The notes under the pieces: model-generated
What the model was told of the DNA's origin: nothing
What the model saw: the letters and a program-made list of their open reading frames with translations, nothing else
Database searches by the model: none
Origin: the human T2T-CHM13v2.0 reference genome, Homo sapiens
NCBI RefSeq assembly: GCF_009914755.1
Contig: NC_060947.1
Direction: 5' to 3' (one strand)
Length of the DNA: 64,000 nucleotides
Part shown: piece after piece, positions 12,001-26,535 of the stretch
Layout: every line of letters begins with the position of its first letter
Numbering within the stretch: the stretch's first letter is position 1
Position numbers and translations under genes: made by a program

Positions 12001-15000
12001 TTTAGTTATGGGAAATTATTCCCGTTCCCAACGAAATCCTCAGAGAGGTCCAAATGTCCATCTGCAGATTCTACCAAAAGTGTATTTGGAAACTGCTCCA
12101 TCAACAGGCATGTTCAGCTCTGTGAGTGAAACTCCATCATCACAAAGAATATTCTGAGAATGCTTCCGTTTGCCTTTTATATGAAGTTCCTTCCTATACG
12201 ACCGTAGGCCTCAAAGCAGTCCAAATCTCCATTTGCAGATTCTACAAAAAGAGTGATTCCAATCTGCTCTATCAATAGGATTGTTCAACTCCATGAGTTG
12301 AATGCCATCCTCACAAAGTCGTTTCTGAGAATGCTTCTATCTAGTTTTTATGTGAAGATATTTCCTTTTCCACCACAGGCCTCAAAGCCCTCCAAACGTC
12401 CACTTGCAGATTCTCGAAAAAGAGTGTTTCATAGCTGCTCTTTCAAAAGGAAAGTTCAACTCTGGGAGTTGAATACAAACATCACAAAGTAGTTTCCGAG
12501 AATGCTTCTGTTTAGTTTTTATGTGAAGATGATCCCGTTTCCAGTGAAATCTTCAAAGAGGTCCACATATCCCCTTGCAGATTCCAAAGAAAGAGGGTTT
12601 CAAAACTGCTCCATCAAAAGGATTGTTCAACTCTGTGAGTTGAATGCAGTCATCGCAGAAAACTTTCTGAGAATGCTTCTGTCTAGGTTTGATGTGAAGA
12701 TATAGACGTTTCAAACGAAGGCTACAAAGTGGTCAAAATATACACTTGCAGATTGTACTACAAGGGTGTTGCAAACCTGAACTATCAAAGGAAGGTTCAA
12801 CTCTGTGGGTTGAATACAAACATCGCAAAGAATGTTCTGAGTTTGCTTCCGTTCAGTTATGGGAAGTTGATCCCGTTCCCAATGAAATCCTCAGAGAGGT
12901 CCAAATATCCCCTTGCAGATTCTACAAAACGTGTGTTTGGAAACTGCTCCATCATAACGAATGTTCAGCTCTCTGAGTTAAACTCCATCGTCACAAAGAA
13001 TTTTCTGAGAGTGCTACCGTCTAGGTTTTATATGAAGTTCTTTCCTTTACTACCACAGGCCTCAAAGCGGTCCAAATCTCCACTTGCAGATCCTACAAAA
13101 AGAGTGTCTGCAAACTGCTCTATCAAAAGGAATGTTCAACTCTGGGAGTTGAATGCAATCATCACAGAGCAGTTTCTGAGAATGCTTCTATGTCGTTTTT
13201 AGGAGAAGATATTTCCTTTTCCAACACAGTCCTCCAAGCCCGCTAAATATCCACTTGCACATTGTAGAAAAAGTGTGTCGAAGCTGCGCTATCAAAGGGA
13301 AAGTTCAACTCTGTGAGGTGAATGCAAACATCCCAAAGAAGTTTCTGAGAATGCTTCCGTTTAGCTTTTAGGTGAAGATTATCCCGTTTCCAACGAAAGC
13401 TTCAAAGAGGTCCAAATATCCCCTTGCGGATCCCACAGAAAGAGTGTTTCGAAACTGCTGTTTCAAAAGGAATCTTCAACTCTGTGAGTTGAATGCAATC
13501 ATCACAAAGAAGTTTCTGACAATGCTTCTCTCTCGTCTTTCTGTGAAGATAAAGGAAAAGGCTTTCAGGCCTTTTCCACCACAGGCCTGAAAGCGCTCCA
13601 AATGTCCACTTGCAGATTCTGCCAAAAGAATATTTCAAAACTGCTCTATGAAAAGCAATGTTAAACTCTGCGGCTCGAACACAAACATCACAAAGCAGTT
13701 TCTGAGAATGCTTCAGTTTAGTTTTTCTGTGGAAATATTCCCGTTTCCAAAGAAATCTTCAAAGAGGTCCACGTATCCACTTACAGATTCTACAAAAAGA
13801 CAGTTTCAAAACTGCTCAATCAAAAGGAGGGTTCAACTGAGTGACTTGAATGCAATCATCACTCAGAAGTTTCTGAGAATGCTTCTCTTTAGTTTTTACG
13901 TGAACATATACCCGTTTCGAACGAAGGCCACCCAGTGGTCCAAATATCCACTTGCAGATTCTACAGAAAGAGTGTTTCGAACCTGAACTCTCAAAGGCAG
14001 GTTCATCTCTGCGAGTTAAATGCATTCATCATGAAGAACTTTCTCAGAGTGTTTGTGTTTAGTTATGGGAAATTATTCCCGTTCCCAACGAAATCCTCAG
14101 AGAGGTCCAAATGTCCACCTGCAGATTCTACCAAAAGTGTATTTGGAAACTGCTCCATCAACAGGCATGTTCAGCTCTGTGAGTGAAACTCCATCATCAC
14201 AAAGAATATTCTGAGAATGCTTCCGTTTGCCTTTTATATGAAGTTCCTTCCTATACGACCGTAGGCCTCAAAGCAGTCCAAATCTCCATTTGCAGATTCT
14301 ACAAAAAGAGTGATTCCAATCTGCTCTATCAATAGGATTGTTCAACTCCATGAGTTGAATGCCATCCTCACAAAGTCGTTTCTGAGAATGCTTCTATCTA
14401 GTTTTTATGTGAAGATATTTCCTTTTCCACCACAGGCCTCAAAGCCCTCCAAACGTCCACTTGCAGATTCTCGAAAAAGAGTGTTTCATAGCTGCTCTTT
14501 CAAAAGGAAAGTTCAACTCTGGGAGTTGAATACAAACATCACAAAGTAGTTTCCGAGAATGCTTCTGTTTAGTTCTTATGTGAAGATGATCCCGTTTCCA
14601 GTGAAATCTTCAAAGAGGTCCACATATCCCCTTGCAGATTCCAAAGAAAGAGGGTTTCAAAACTGCTCCATCAAAAGGATTGTTCAACTCTGTGAGTTGA
14701 ATGCAGTCATCACAGAAAACTTTCTGAGAATGCTTCTGTCTAGGTTTGATGTGAAGATATAGACGTTTCAAACGAAGGATAAAAAGTGGTCAAAATATTC
14801 ACTTGCAGATTCTACTACAAGGGTGTTGCAAACCTGAACTATCAAAGGAAGGTTCAACTCTGTGAGTTGAATACAAATATCACAAAGAATATTCTGAGTT
14901 TGCTTCCGTTCAGTTATGGGAAGTTGATCCCGTTCCCAACGAAATCCTCAGACAGGTCCAAATATCCCCTTGCAGATTCTACAAAACGTGTGTTTGGAAA

Positions 15001-18000
15001 CTGCTCCATCATAAGGAATGTTCAGCTCTCTGAGTTAAACTCCATCGTCACAAAGAATTTTCTGAGAGTGCTACCGTCTAGTTTTTATATGAAGTTCTTT
15101 CCTTTACTACCACAGGCCTCAAAGCGGTCCAAATCTCCACTTGCAGATTCTACAAAAAGAGTGTCTGCAAACTGCTCTATCAAAAGGAATGTTCAACTCT
15201 GGGAGTTGAATGCAATCATCACAGAGCAGTTTCTGAGAAGGCTTCTATGTCGTTTTTAGGAAAAGATATTTCCTTTTCCAACACAGTCCTCCAAGCCCGC
15301 TAAATATCCACTTGCACATTGTAGAAAAAGTGTGTCAAAGCTGCGCTATCAAAGGGAAAGTTCAACTCTGTCAGGTGAATGCAAACATCCCAAAGAAGTT
15401 TCTGAGAATGCTTCCGTTTAGCTTTTAGGTGAAGATTATCCCGTTTCCAACGAAACCTTCAAAGAGGTCCAAATATCCCCTTGCGGATCCCACAGAAAGA
15501 GTGTTTCGAAACTGCTGTTTCAAAAGGAATCTTCAACTCTGTGAGTTGAATGCAATCATCACAAAGAAGTTTCTGACAATGCTTCTCTCTCGTCTTTCTG
15601 TGAAGATAAAGGAAAAGGCTTTCAGGCCTTTTCCACCACAGGCCTGAAAGCGCTCCAAATGTCCACTTGCAGATTCTGCCAAAAGAATATTTCAAAACTG
15701 CTCTATGAAAAGCAATGTTAAACTCTGCGGCTCGAACACAAACATCACAAAGCAGTTTCTGAGAATGCTTCAGTTTAGTTTTTCTGTGGAAATATTCCCG
15801 TTTCCAAAGAAATCTTCAAAGAGGTCCACGTATCCACTTACAGATTCTACAAAAAGACAGTTTCAAAACTGCTCAATCAAAAGGAGGGTTCAACTGTGTG
15901 ACTTGAATGCAATCATCATTCAGAAGTTTCTGAGAATGCTTCTCTTTAGTTTTTACGTGAACATATACCCGTTTCGAACGAAGGCCACCCAGTGGTCCAA
16001 ATATCCACTTGCAGATTCTACAGAAAGAGTGTTTCGAACCTGAACTCTCAAAGGCAGGTTCATCTCTGCGAGTTAAATGCATTCGTCATGAAGAACTTTC
16101 TCAGCGTGTTTGTGTTTAGTTATGGGAAATTATTCCCGTTCCCAACGAAATCCTCAGAGAGGTCCAAATGTCCACCTGCAGATTCTACCAAAAGTGTATT
16201 TGGAAACTGCTCCATCAACAGGAATGTTCAGCTCTGTGAGTGAAACTCCATCATCACAAAGAATATTCTGAGAATGCTTCCGTTTGCCTTTTATATGAAG
16301 TTCCTTCCTATACGACCGTAGGCCTCAAAGCAGTCCAAATCTCCATTTGCAGATTCTACAAAAAGAGTGATTCCAATCTGCTGTATCAATAGGATTGTTC
16401 AACTCCATGAGTTGAATGCCATCCTCACAAAATCGTTTCTGAGAATGCTTCTATCTAGTTTTTATGTGAAGATATTTCCTTTTCCACCACAGGCCTCAAA
16501 GCCCTCCAAACGTCCACTTGCAGATTCTCGAAAAAGAGTGTTTCATAGCTGCTCTTTCAAAAGGAAAGTTCAACTCTGGGAGTTGAATACAAACATCACA
16601 AAGTAGTTTCAGAGAATGCTTCTGTTTAGTTCTTATGTGAAGATTATCCCGTTTCCAGTGAAATCTTCAAAGAGGTCCACATATCCCCTTGCAGATTCCA
16701 AAGAAAGAGGGTTTCAAAACTGCTCCATCAAAAGGATTGTTCAACTCTGTGAGTTGAATGCAGTCATCGCAGAAAACTTTCTGAGAATGCTTCTGTCTAG
16801 GTTTGATGTGAAGATATAGACGTTTCAAACGAAGGCTACAAAGTGGTCAAAATATACACTTGCAGATTCTACTACAAGGGTGTTGCAAACCTGAACTATC
16901 AAAGGAAGGTTCAACTCTGTGAGTTGAATACAAACATCGCAAACAATGCTCTGAGTTTGCTTCCGTTCAGTTATGTGAAGTTGATCCCGTTTCCAACGAA
17001 ATCCTCAGAGAGGTCCAAATATCCCCTTGCAGATTCTACAAAACGTGTGTTTGGAAACTGCTCCATCATAACGAATGTTCAGCTCTCTGAGTTAAACTCC
17101 ATCGTCACAAAGAATTTTCTGAGAGTGCTACCGTCTAGTTTTTATATGAAGTTCTTTCCTTTACTACCACAGGCCTCAAAGCAGTCCAAATCTCCACTTG
17201 CAGATTCTACAAAAAGAGTGTCTGCAAACTGCTCTATCAAAAGGAATGTTCAACTCTGGGAGTTGAATGCAATCATCACAGAGCAGTTTCTGAGAATGCT
17301 TCTATGTCGTTTTTAGGAGAAGATATTTCCTTTTCCAACACAGTCCTCCAAGCCCGCTAAATAGCCACTTGCACATTGTAGAAAAAGTGTGTCAAAGCTG
17401 CGCTATCAAAGGGAAAGTTCAACTCTGTGAGGTGAATGCAAACATCCCAAAGAAGTTTCTGAGAATGCTTCCGTTTAGCTTTTAGGTGAAGATTATCCCG
17501 TTTCCAACGAAATCTTCAAAGAGGTCCAAATATCCCCTTGCCGATCCCACAGAAAGAGTGTTTCGAAACTGCTGTTTCAAAAGGAATCTTCAACTCTGTG
17601 AGTTGAATGCAATCATCACAAAGAAGTTTCTGACAATGCTTCTCTCTCGTCTTTCTGTGAAGATAAAGGAAAAGGCTTTCAGGCCTTTTCCACCACAGGC
17701 CTGAAAGCGCTCCAAATGTCCACTTGCAGATTCTGCCAAAAGAATATTTCAAAACTCCTCTATGAAAAGCAATGTTAAACTCTGCGGCTCGAACACAAAC
17801 ATCACAAAGCAGTTTCTGAGAATGCTTCAGTTTAGTTTTTCTGTGGAAATATTCCCGTTTCCAAAGAAATCTTCAAAGAGGTCCACGTATCCACTTACAG
17901 ATTCTACAAAAAGACAGTTTCAAAACTGCTCAATCAAAAGGAGGGTTCAACTGTGTGACTTGAATGCAATCATCACTCAGAACTTTCTGAGAATGCTTCT

Positions 18001-21000
18001 CTTTAGTTTTTACGTGAACATATACCCGTTTCGAACGAAGGCCACCCAGTGGTCCAAATATCCACTTGCAGATTCTACAGAAAGAGTGTTTCGAACCTGA
18101 ACTCTCAAAGGCAGGTTCATCTCTGCGAGTTAAATGCATTCGTCATGAAGAACTTTCTCAGCGTGTTTGTGTTTAGTTATGGGAAATTATTCCCGTTCCC
18201 AACGAAATCCTCAGAGAGGTCCAAATGTCCACCTGCAGATTCTACCAAAAGTGTATTTGGAAACTGCTCCATCAACAGGCATGTTCAGCTCCGTGAGTGA
18301 AACTCCATCATCACAAAGAATATTCTGAGAATGCTTCCGTTTGCCTTTTATATGAAGTTCCTTCCTATACGACCGTAGGCCTCAAAGCAGTCCAAATCTC
18401 CATTTGCAGATTCTACAAAAAGAGTGATTCCAATCTGCTCTATCAATAGGATTGTTCAACTCCATGAGTTGAATGCCATCCTCACAAAGTCGTTTCTGAG
18501 AATGCTTCTATCTAGTTTTTATGTGAAGATATTTCCTTTTCCACCACAGGCCTCAAAGCCCTCCAAACGTCCACTTGCAGATTCTCGAAAAAGAGTGTTT
18601 CATAGCTGCTCTTTCAAAAGGAAAGTTCAACTCTGGGAGTTGAATACAAACATCACAAAGTAGTTTCCGAGAATGCTTCTGTTTAGTTCTTATGTGAAGA
18701 TGATCCCGTTTCCAGTGAAATCTTCAAAGACGTCCACATATCCCCTTGCAGATTCCAAAGAAAGAGGGTTTCAAAACTGCTCCATCAAAAGGATTGTTCA
18801 ACTCTGTGAGTTGAATGCAGTCATCGCAGAAAACTTTCTGAGAATGCTTCTGTCTAGGTTTGATGTGAAGATATAGACGTTTCAAACGAAGGCTACAAAG
18901 TGGTCAAAATATACACTTGCAGATTCTACTACAAGGGTGTTGCAAACCTGAACTATGAAAGGAAGGTTCAACTCTGTGAGTTGAATACAAACATCGCAAA
19001 GAATGCTCTGAGTTTGCTTCCGTTCAGTTATGGGAAGTTGATCCCGTTCCCAACGAAATCCTCAGAGAGGTCCAAATATCCCCTTGCAGATTCTACAAAA
19101 CGTGTGTTTGGAAACTGCTCCATCATAACGAATGTTCAGCTCTCTGAGTTAAACTCCATCGTCACAAAGAATTTTCTGAGAGTGCTACCGTCTAGTTTTT
19201 ATATGAAGTTCTTTCCTTTACTACCACAGGCCTCAAAGCAGTCCAAATCTCCACTTGCAGATTCTACAAAAAGAGTGTCTGCAAACTGCTCTATCAAAAG
19301 GAATGTTCAACTCTGGGAGTTGAATGCAATCATCACAGAGCAGTTTCTGAGAATGCTTCTATGTCGTTTTTAGGAGAAGATATTTCCTTTTCCAACACAG
19401 TCCTCCAAGCCCGCTAAATATCCACTTGCACATTGTAGAAAAAGTGTGTCAAAGCTGCGCTATCAAAGGGAAAGTTCAACTCTGTGAGGTGAATGCAAAC
19501 ATCCCAAAGAAGTTTCGGAGAATGCTTCCGTTTAGCTTTTAGGTGAAGATTATCCCGTTTCCAACGAAATCTTCAAAGAGGTCCAAATATCCCCTTGCGG
19601 ATCCCACAGAAAGAGTGTTTCGAAACTGCTGTTTCAAAAGGAATCTTCAACTCTGTGAGTTGAATGCAATCATCACAAAGAAGTTTCTGACAATGCTTCT
19701 CTCTCGTCTTTCTGTGAAGATAAAGGAAAAGGCTTTCAGGCCTTTTCCACCACAGGCCTGAAAGCGCTCCAAATGTCCACTTGCAGATTCTGCCAAAAGA
19801 ATATTTCAAAACTGCTCTATGAAAAGCAATGTTAAACTCTGCGGCTCGAACACAAACATCACAAAGCAGTTTCTGAGAATGCTTCAGTTTAGTTTTTCTG
19901 TGGAAATATTCCCGTTTCCAAAGAAATCTTCAAAGAGGTCCACGTATTCACTTACAGATTCTACAAAAAGACAGTTTCAAAACTGCTCAATCAAAAGGAG
20001 GGTTCAACTGTGTGACTTGAATGCAATCATCACTCAGAAGTTTCTGAGAATGCTTCTCTTTAGTTTTAACGTGAACATATACCCGTTTCGAACGAAGGCC
20101 ACCCAGTGGTCCAAATATCCACTTGCAGATTCTACAGAAAGAGTGTTTCGAACCTGAACTCTCAAAGGCAGGTTCATCTCTGCGAGTTAAATGCATTCGT
20201 CATGAAGAACTTTCTCAGCGTGTTTGTGTTTAGTTATGGGAAATTATTCCCGTTCCCAACGAATTCCTCAGAGAGGTCCAAATGTCCACCTGCAGATTCT
20301 ACCAAAAGTGTATTTGGAAACTGCTCCATCAACAGGCATGTTCAGCTCTGTGAGTGAAACTCCATCATCACAAAGAATATTCTGAGAATGCTTCCGTTTG
20401 CCTTTTATATGAAGTTCCTTCCTATACGACCGTAGGCCTCAAAGCAGTCCAAATCTCCATTTGCAGATTCTACAAAAAGAGTGATTCCAATCTGCTCTAT
20501 CAATAGGATTGTTCAACTCCATGAGTTGAATGCCATCCTCACAAAGTCGTTTCTGAGAATGCTTCTATCTAGTTTTTATGTGAAGATATTTCCTTTTCCA
20601 CCACAGGCCTCAAAGCCCTCCAAACGTCCACTTGCAGATTCTCGAAAAAGAGTGTTTCATAGCTGCTCTTTCAAAAGGAAAGTTCAACTCTGGGAGTTGA
20701 ATACAAACATCACAAAGTAGTTTCCGAGAATGCTTCTGTTTAGTTCTTATGTGAAGATGATCCCATTTCCAGTGAAATCTTCAAAGACGTCCACATATCC
20801 CCTTGCAGATTCCAAAGAAAGAGGGTTTCAAAACTGCTCCATCAAAAGGATTGTTCAACTCTGTGAGTTGAATGCAGTCATCGCAGAAAACTTTCTGAGA
20901 ATGCTTCTGTCTAGGTTTGATGTGAAGATATAGACGTTTCAAACGAAGGCTACAAAGTGGTCAAAATATACACTTGCAGATTCTACTACAAGGGTGTTGC

Positions 21001-24000
21001 AAACCTGAACTATCAAAGGAAGGTTCAACTCTGTGAGTTGAATCCAAACATCGCAAAGAATGCTCTGAGTTTGCTTCCGTTCAGTTATGGGAAGTTGATC
21101 CCGTTCCCAACGAAATCCTCAGAGAGGTCCAAATATCCCCTTGCAGATTCTACAAAACGTGTGTTTGGAAACTGCTCCATCATAACGAATGTTCAGCTCT
21201 CTGAGTTAAACTCCATCGTCACAAAGAATTTTCTGAGAGTGCTACCATCTAGTTTTTATATGAAGTTCTTTCCTTGACTACCACAGGCCTCAAAGAGGTC
21301 CAAATCTCCACTTGCAGATTCTACAAAAAGAGTGTCTGCAAACTGCTCTATCAAAAGTAATGTTCAACTCTGGGAGTTGAATGCAATCATCACAGAGCAG
21401 TTTCTGAGAATGCTTCTATGTCGTTTTTAGGAGAAGATATTTCCTTTTCCAACAGAGTCCTCCAAGCCCGCTAAATATCCAATTGCACATTGTAGAAAAA
21501 GTGTGTCAAAGCTGCGTAATCAAAGGGAAAGTTCAACTCTGTGAGGTGAATACAAACATCCCAAAGAAGTTTCTGAGAATGCTTCCGTTTAGCTTTTAGG
21601 TGAAGATTATCCCGTTTCCAACGAAATCTTCAAAGAGGTCCAAATATCCCCTTGCGGATCCCACAGAAAGAGTGTTTCGAAACTGCTGTTTCAAAAGGAA
21701 TCTTCAACTCTGTGAGTTGAATGCAATCATCACAAAGAAGTTTCTGACAATGCTTCTCTCTCGTCTTTCTGTGAAGATAAAGGAAAAGTCTTTCAGGCCT
21801 TTTCCACCACAGGCCTGAAAGCGCTCCAAATGTCCACTTGCAGATTCTGCCAAAAGAATATTTCAAAACTGCTCTATGAAAAGCAATGTTAAACTCTGCG
21901 GCTCGAACACAAACATCACAAAGCAGTTTCTGAGAATGCTTCAGTTTAGTTTTTCTGTGGAAATATTCCCGTTTCCAAAGAAATCTTCAAAGAGGTCCAC
22001 GTATCCACTTACAGATTCTACAAAAAGACAGTTTCAAAACTGCTCAATCAAAAGGAGGGTTCAACTGTGTGACTTGAATGCAATCATCACTCAGAAGTTT
22101 CTGAGAATGCTTCTCTTTAGTTTTTACATGAACATATACCCGTTTCGAACGAAGGCCACCCAGTGGTCCAAATATCCACTTGCAGATTCTACAGAAAGAG
22201 TGTTTCGAACCTGAACTCTCAAAGGCAGGTTCATCTCTGCGAGTTAAATGCATTCGTCATGAAGAACTTTCCCAGCGTGTTTGTGTTTAGTTATGGGAAA
22301 TTATTCCCGTTCCCAACGAAATCCTCAGAGAGGTCCAAATGTCCATCTGCAGATTCTACCAAAAGTGTATTTGGAAACTGCTCCATCAACAGGCATGTTC
22401 AGCTCTGTGAGTGAAACTCCATCATCACAAAGAATATTCTGAGAATGCTTCCGTTTGCCTTTTATATGAAGTTCCTTCCTATACGACCGTAGGCCTCAAA
22501 GCAGTCCAAATCTCCATTTGCAGATTCTACAAAAAGAGTGATTCCAATCTGCTCTATCAATAGGATTGTTCAACTCCATGAGTTGAATGCCATCCTCACA
22601 AAGTCGTTTCTGAGAATGCTTCTATCTAGTTTTTATGTGAAGATATTTCCTTTTCCACCACAGGCCTCAAAGCCCTCCAAACGTCCACTTGCAGATTCTC
22701 GAAAAAGAGTGTTTCATAGCTGCTCTTTCAAAAGGAAAGTTCAACTCTGGGAGTTGAATACAAACATCACAAAGTAGTTTCCGAGAATGCTTCTGTTTAG
22801 TTTTTATGTGAAGATGATCCCGTTTCCAGTGAAATCTTCAAAGAGGTCCACATATCCCCTTGCAGATTCCAAAGAAAGAGGGTTTCAAAACTGCTCCATC
22901 AAAAGGATTGTTCAACTCTGTGAGTTGAATGCAGTCATCGCAGAAAACTTTCTGAGAATGCTTCTGTCTAGGTTTGATGTGAAGATATAGACGTTTCAAA
23001 CGAAGGCTACAAAGTGGTCAAAATATACACTTGCAGATTGTACTACAAGGGTGTTGCAAACCTGAACTATCAAAGGAAGGTTCAACTCTGTGGGTTGAAT
23101 ACAAACATCGCAAAGAATGTTCTGAGTTTGCTTCCGTTCAGTTATGGGAAGTTGATCCCGTTCCCAATGAAATCCTCAGAGAGGTCCAAATATCCCCTTG
23201 CAGATTCTACAAAACGTGTGTTTGGAAACTGCTCCATCATAACGAATGTTCAGCTCTCTGAGTTAAACTCCATCGTCACAAAGAATTTTCTGAGAGTGCT
23301 ACCGTCTAGGTTTTATATGAAGTTCTTTCCTTTACTACCACAGGCCTCAAAGCGGTCCAAATCTCCACTTGCAGATCCTACAAAAAGAGTGTCTGCAAAC
23401 TGCTCTATCAAAAGGAATGTTCAACTCTGGGAGTTGAATGCAATCATCACAGAGCAGTTTCTGAGAATGCTTCTATGTCGTTTTTAGGAGAAGATATTTC
23501 CTTTTCCAACACAGTCCTCCAAGCCCGCTAAATATCCACTTGCACATTGTAGAAAAAGTGTGTCGAAGCTGCGCTATCAAAGGGAAAGTTCAACTCTGTG
23601 AGGTGAATGCAAACATCCCAAAGAAGTTTCTGAGAATGCTTCCGTTTAGCTTTTAGGTGAAGATTATCCCGTTTCCAACGAAAGCTTCAAAGAGGTCCAA
23701 ATATCCCCTTGCGGATCCCACAGAAAGAGTGTTTCGAAACTGCTGTTTCAAAAGGAATCTTCAACTCTGTGAGTTGAATGCAATCATCACAAAGAAGTTT
23801 CTGACAATGCTTCTCTCTCGTCTTTCTGTGAAGATAAAGGAAAAGGCTTTCAGGCCTTTTCCACCACAGGCCTGAAAGCGCTCCAAATGTCCACTTGCAG
23901 ATTCTGCCAAAAGAATATTTCAAAACTGCTCTATGAAAAGCAATGTTAAACTCTGCGGCTCGAACACAAACATCACAAAGCAGTTTCTGAGAATGCTTCA

Positions 24001-26535
24001 GTTTAGTTTTTCTGTGGAAATATTCCCGTTTCCAAAGAAATCTTCAAAGAGGTCCACGTATCCACTTACAGATTCTACAAAAAGACAGTTTCAAAACTGC
24101 TCAATCAAAAGGAGGGTTCAACTGTGTGACTTGAATGCAATCATCACTCAGAAGTTTCTGAGAATGCTTCTCTTTAGTTTTTACGTGAACATATACCCGT
24201 TTCGAACGAAGGCCACCCAGTGGTCCAAATATCCACTTGCAGATTCTACAGAAAGAGTGTTTCGAACCTGAACTCTCAAAGGCAGGTTCATCTCTGCGAG
24301 TTAAATGCATTCATCATGAAGAACTTTCTCAGAGTGTTTGTGTTTAGTTATGGGAAATTATTCCCGTTCCCAAGGAAATCCTCAGAGAGGTCCAAATGTC
24401 CACCTGCAGATTCTACCAAAAGTGTATTTGGAAACTGCTCCATCAACAGGCATGTTCAGCTCTGTGAGTGAAACTCCATCATCACAAAGAATATTCTGAG
24501 AATGCTTCCGTTTGCCTTTTATATGAAGTTCCTTCCTATACGACCGTAGGCCTCAAAGCAGTCCAAATCTCCATTTGCAGATTCTACAAAAAGAGTGATT
24601 CCAATCTGCTCTATCAATAGGATTGTTCAACTCCATGAGTTGAATGCCATCCTCACAAAGTCGTTTCTGAGAATGCTTCTATCTAGTTTTTATGTGAAGA
24701 TATTTCCTTTTCCACCACAGGCCTCAAAGCCCTCCAAACGTCCACTTGCAGATTCTCGAAAAAGAGTGTTTCATAGCTGCTCTTTCAAAAGGAAAGTTCA
24801 ACTCTGGGAGTTGAATACAAACATCACAAAGTAGTTTCCGAGAATGCTTCTGTTTAGTTCTTATGTGAAGATGATCCCGTTTCCAGTGAAATCTTCAAAG
24901 AGGTCCACATATCCCCTTGCAGATTCCAAAGAAAGAGGGTTTCAAAACTGCTCCATCAAAAGGATTGTTCAACTCTGTGAGTTGAATGCAGTCATCACAG
25001 AAAACTTTCTGAGAATGCTTCTGTCTAGGTTTGATGTGAAGATATAGACGTTTCAAACGAAGGATAAAAAGTGGTCAAAATATTCACTTGCAGATTCTAC
25101 TACAAGGGTGTTGCAAACCTGAACTATCAAAGGAAGGTTCAACTCTGTGAGTTGAATACAAACATCACAAAGAATATTCTGAGTTTGCTTCCGTTCAGTT
25201 ATGGGAAGTTGATCCCGTTCCCAACGAAATCCTCAGACAGGTCCAAATATCCCCTTGCAGATTCTACAAAACGTGTGTTTGGAAACTGCTCCATCATAAG
25301 GAATGTTCAGCTCTCTGAGTTAAACTCCATCGTCACAAAGAATTTTCTGAGAGTGCTACCGTCTAGTTTTTATATGAAGTTCTTTCCTTTACTACCACAG
25401 GCCTCAAAGCGGTCCAAATCTCCACTTGCAGATTCTACAAAAAGAGTGTCTGCAAACTGCTCTATCAAAAGGAATGTTCAACTCTGGGAGTTGAATGCAA
25501 TCATCACAGAGCAGTTTCTGAGAAGGCTTCTATGTCGTTTTTAGGAAAAGATATTTCCTTTTCCAACACAGTCCTCCAAGCCCGCTAAATATCCACTTGC
25601 ACATTGTAGAAAAAGTGTGTCAAAGCTGCGCTATCAAAGGGAAAGTTCAACTCTGTCAGGTGAATGCAAACATCCCAAAGAAGTTTCTGAGAATGCTTCC
25701 GTTTAGCTTTTAGGTGAAGATTATCCCGTTTCCAACGAAACCTTCAAAGAGGTCCAAATATCCCCTTGCGGATCCCACAGAAAGAGTGTTTCGAAACTGC
25801 TGTTTCAAAAGGAATCTTCAACTCTGTGAGTTGAATGCAATCATCACAAAGAAGTTTCTGACAATGCTTCTCTCTCGTCTTTCTGTGAAGATAAAGGAAA
25901 AGGCTTTCAGGCCTTTTCCACCACAGGCCTGAAAGCGCTCCAAATGTCCACTTGCAGATTCTGCCAAAAGAATATTTCAAAACTGCTCTATGAAAAGCAA
26001 TGTTAAACTCTGCGGCTCGAACACAAACATCACAAAGCAGTTTCTGAGAATGCTTCAGTTTAGTTTTTCTGTGGAAATATTCCCGTTTCCAAAGAAATCT
26101 TCAAAGAGGTCCACGTATCCACTTACAGATTCTACAAAAAGACAGTTTCAAAACTGCTCAATCAAAAGGAGGGTTCAACTGTGTGACTTGAATGCAATCA
26201 TCATTCAGAAGTTTCTGAGAATGCTTCTCTTTAGTTTTTACGTGAACATATACCCGTTTCGAACGAAGGCCACCCAGTGGTCCAAATATCCACTTGCAGA
26301 TTCTACAGAAAGAGTGTTTCGAACCTGAACTCTCAAAGGCAGGTTCATCTCTGCGAGTTAAATGCATTCGTCATGAAGAACTTTCTCAGCGTGTTTGTGT
26401 TTAGTTATGGGAAATTATTCCCGTTCCCAACGAAATCCTCAGAGAGGTCCAAATGTCCACCTGCAGATTCTACCAAAAGTGTATTTGGAAACTGCTCCAT
26501 CAACAGGAATGTTCAGCTCTGTGAGTGAAACTCCA
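6098..26535. repeat. Tandem duplication of 5 HORs (period 10,285 bp)
   Basis: Rare variants recur at exactly +10,285, e.g. 6098/16383 and 7257/17542, and in the variant ORF pairs 10672/20957, 12729/23014 and 15705/25990. Confidence 0.93.
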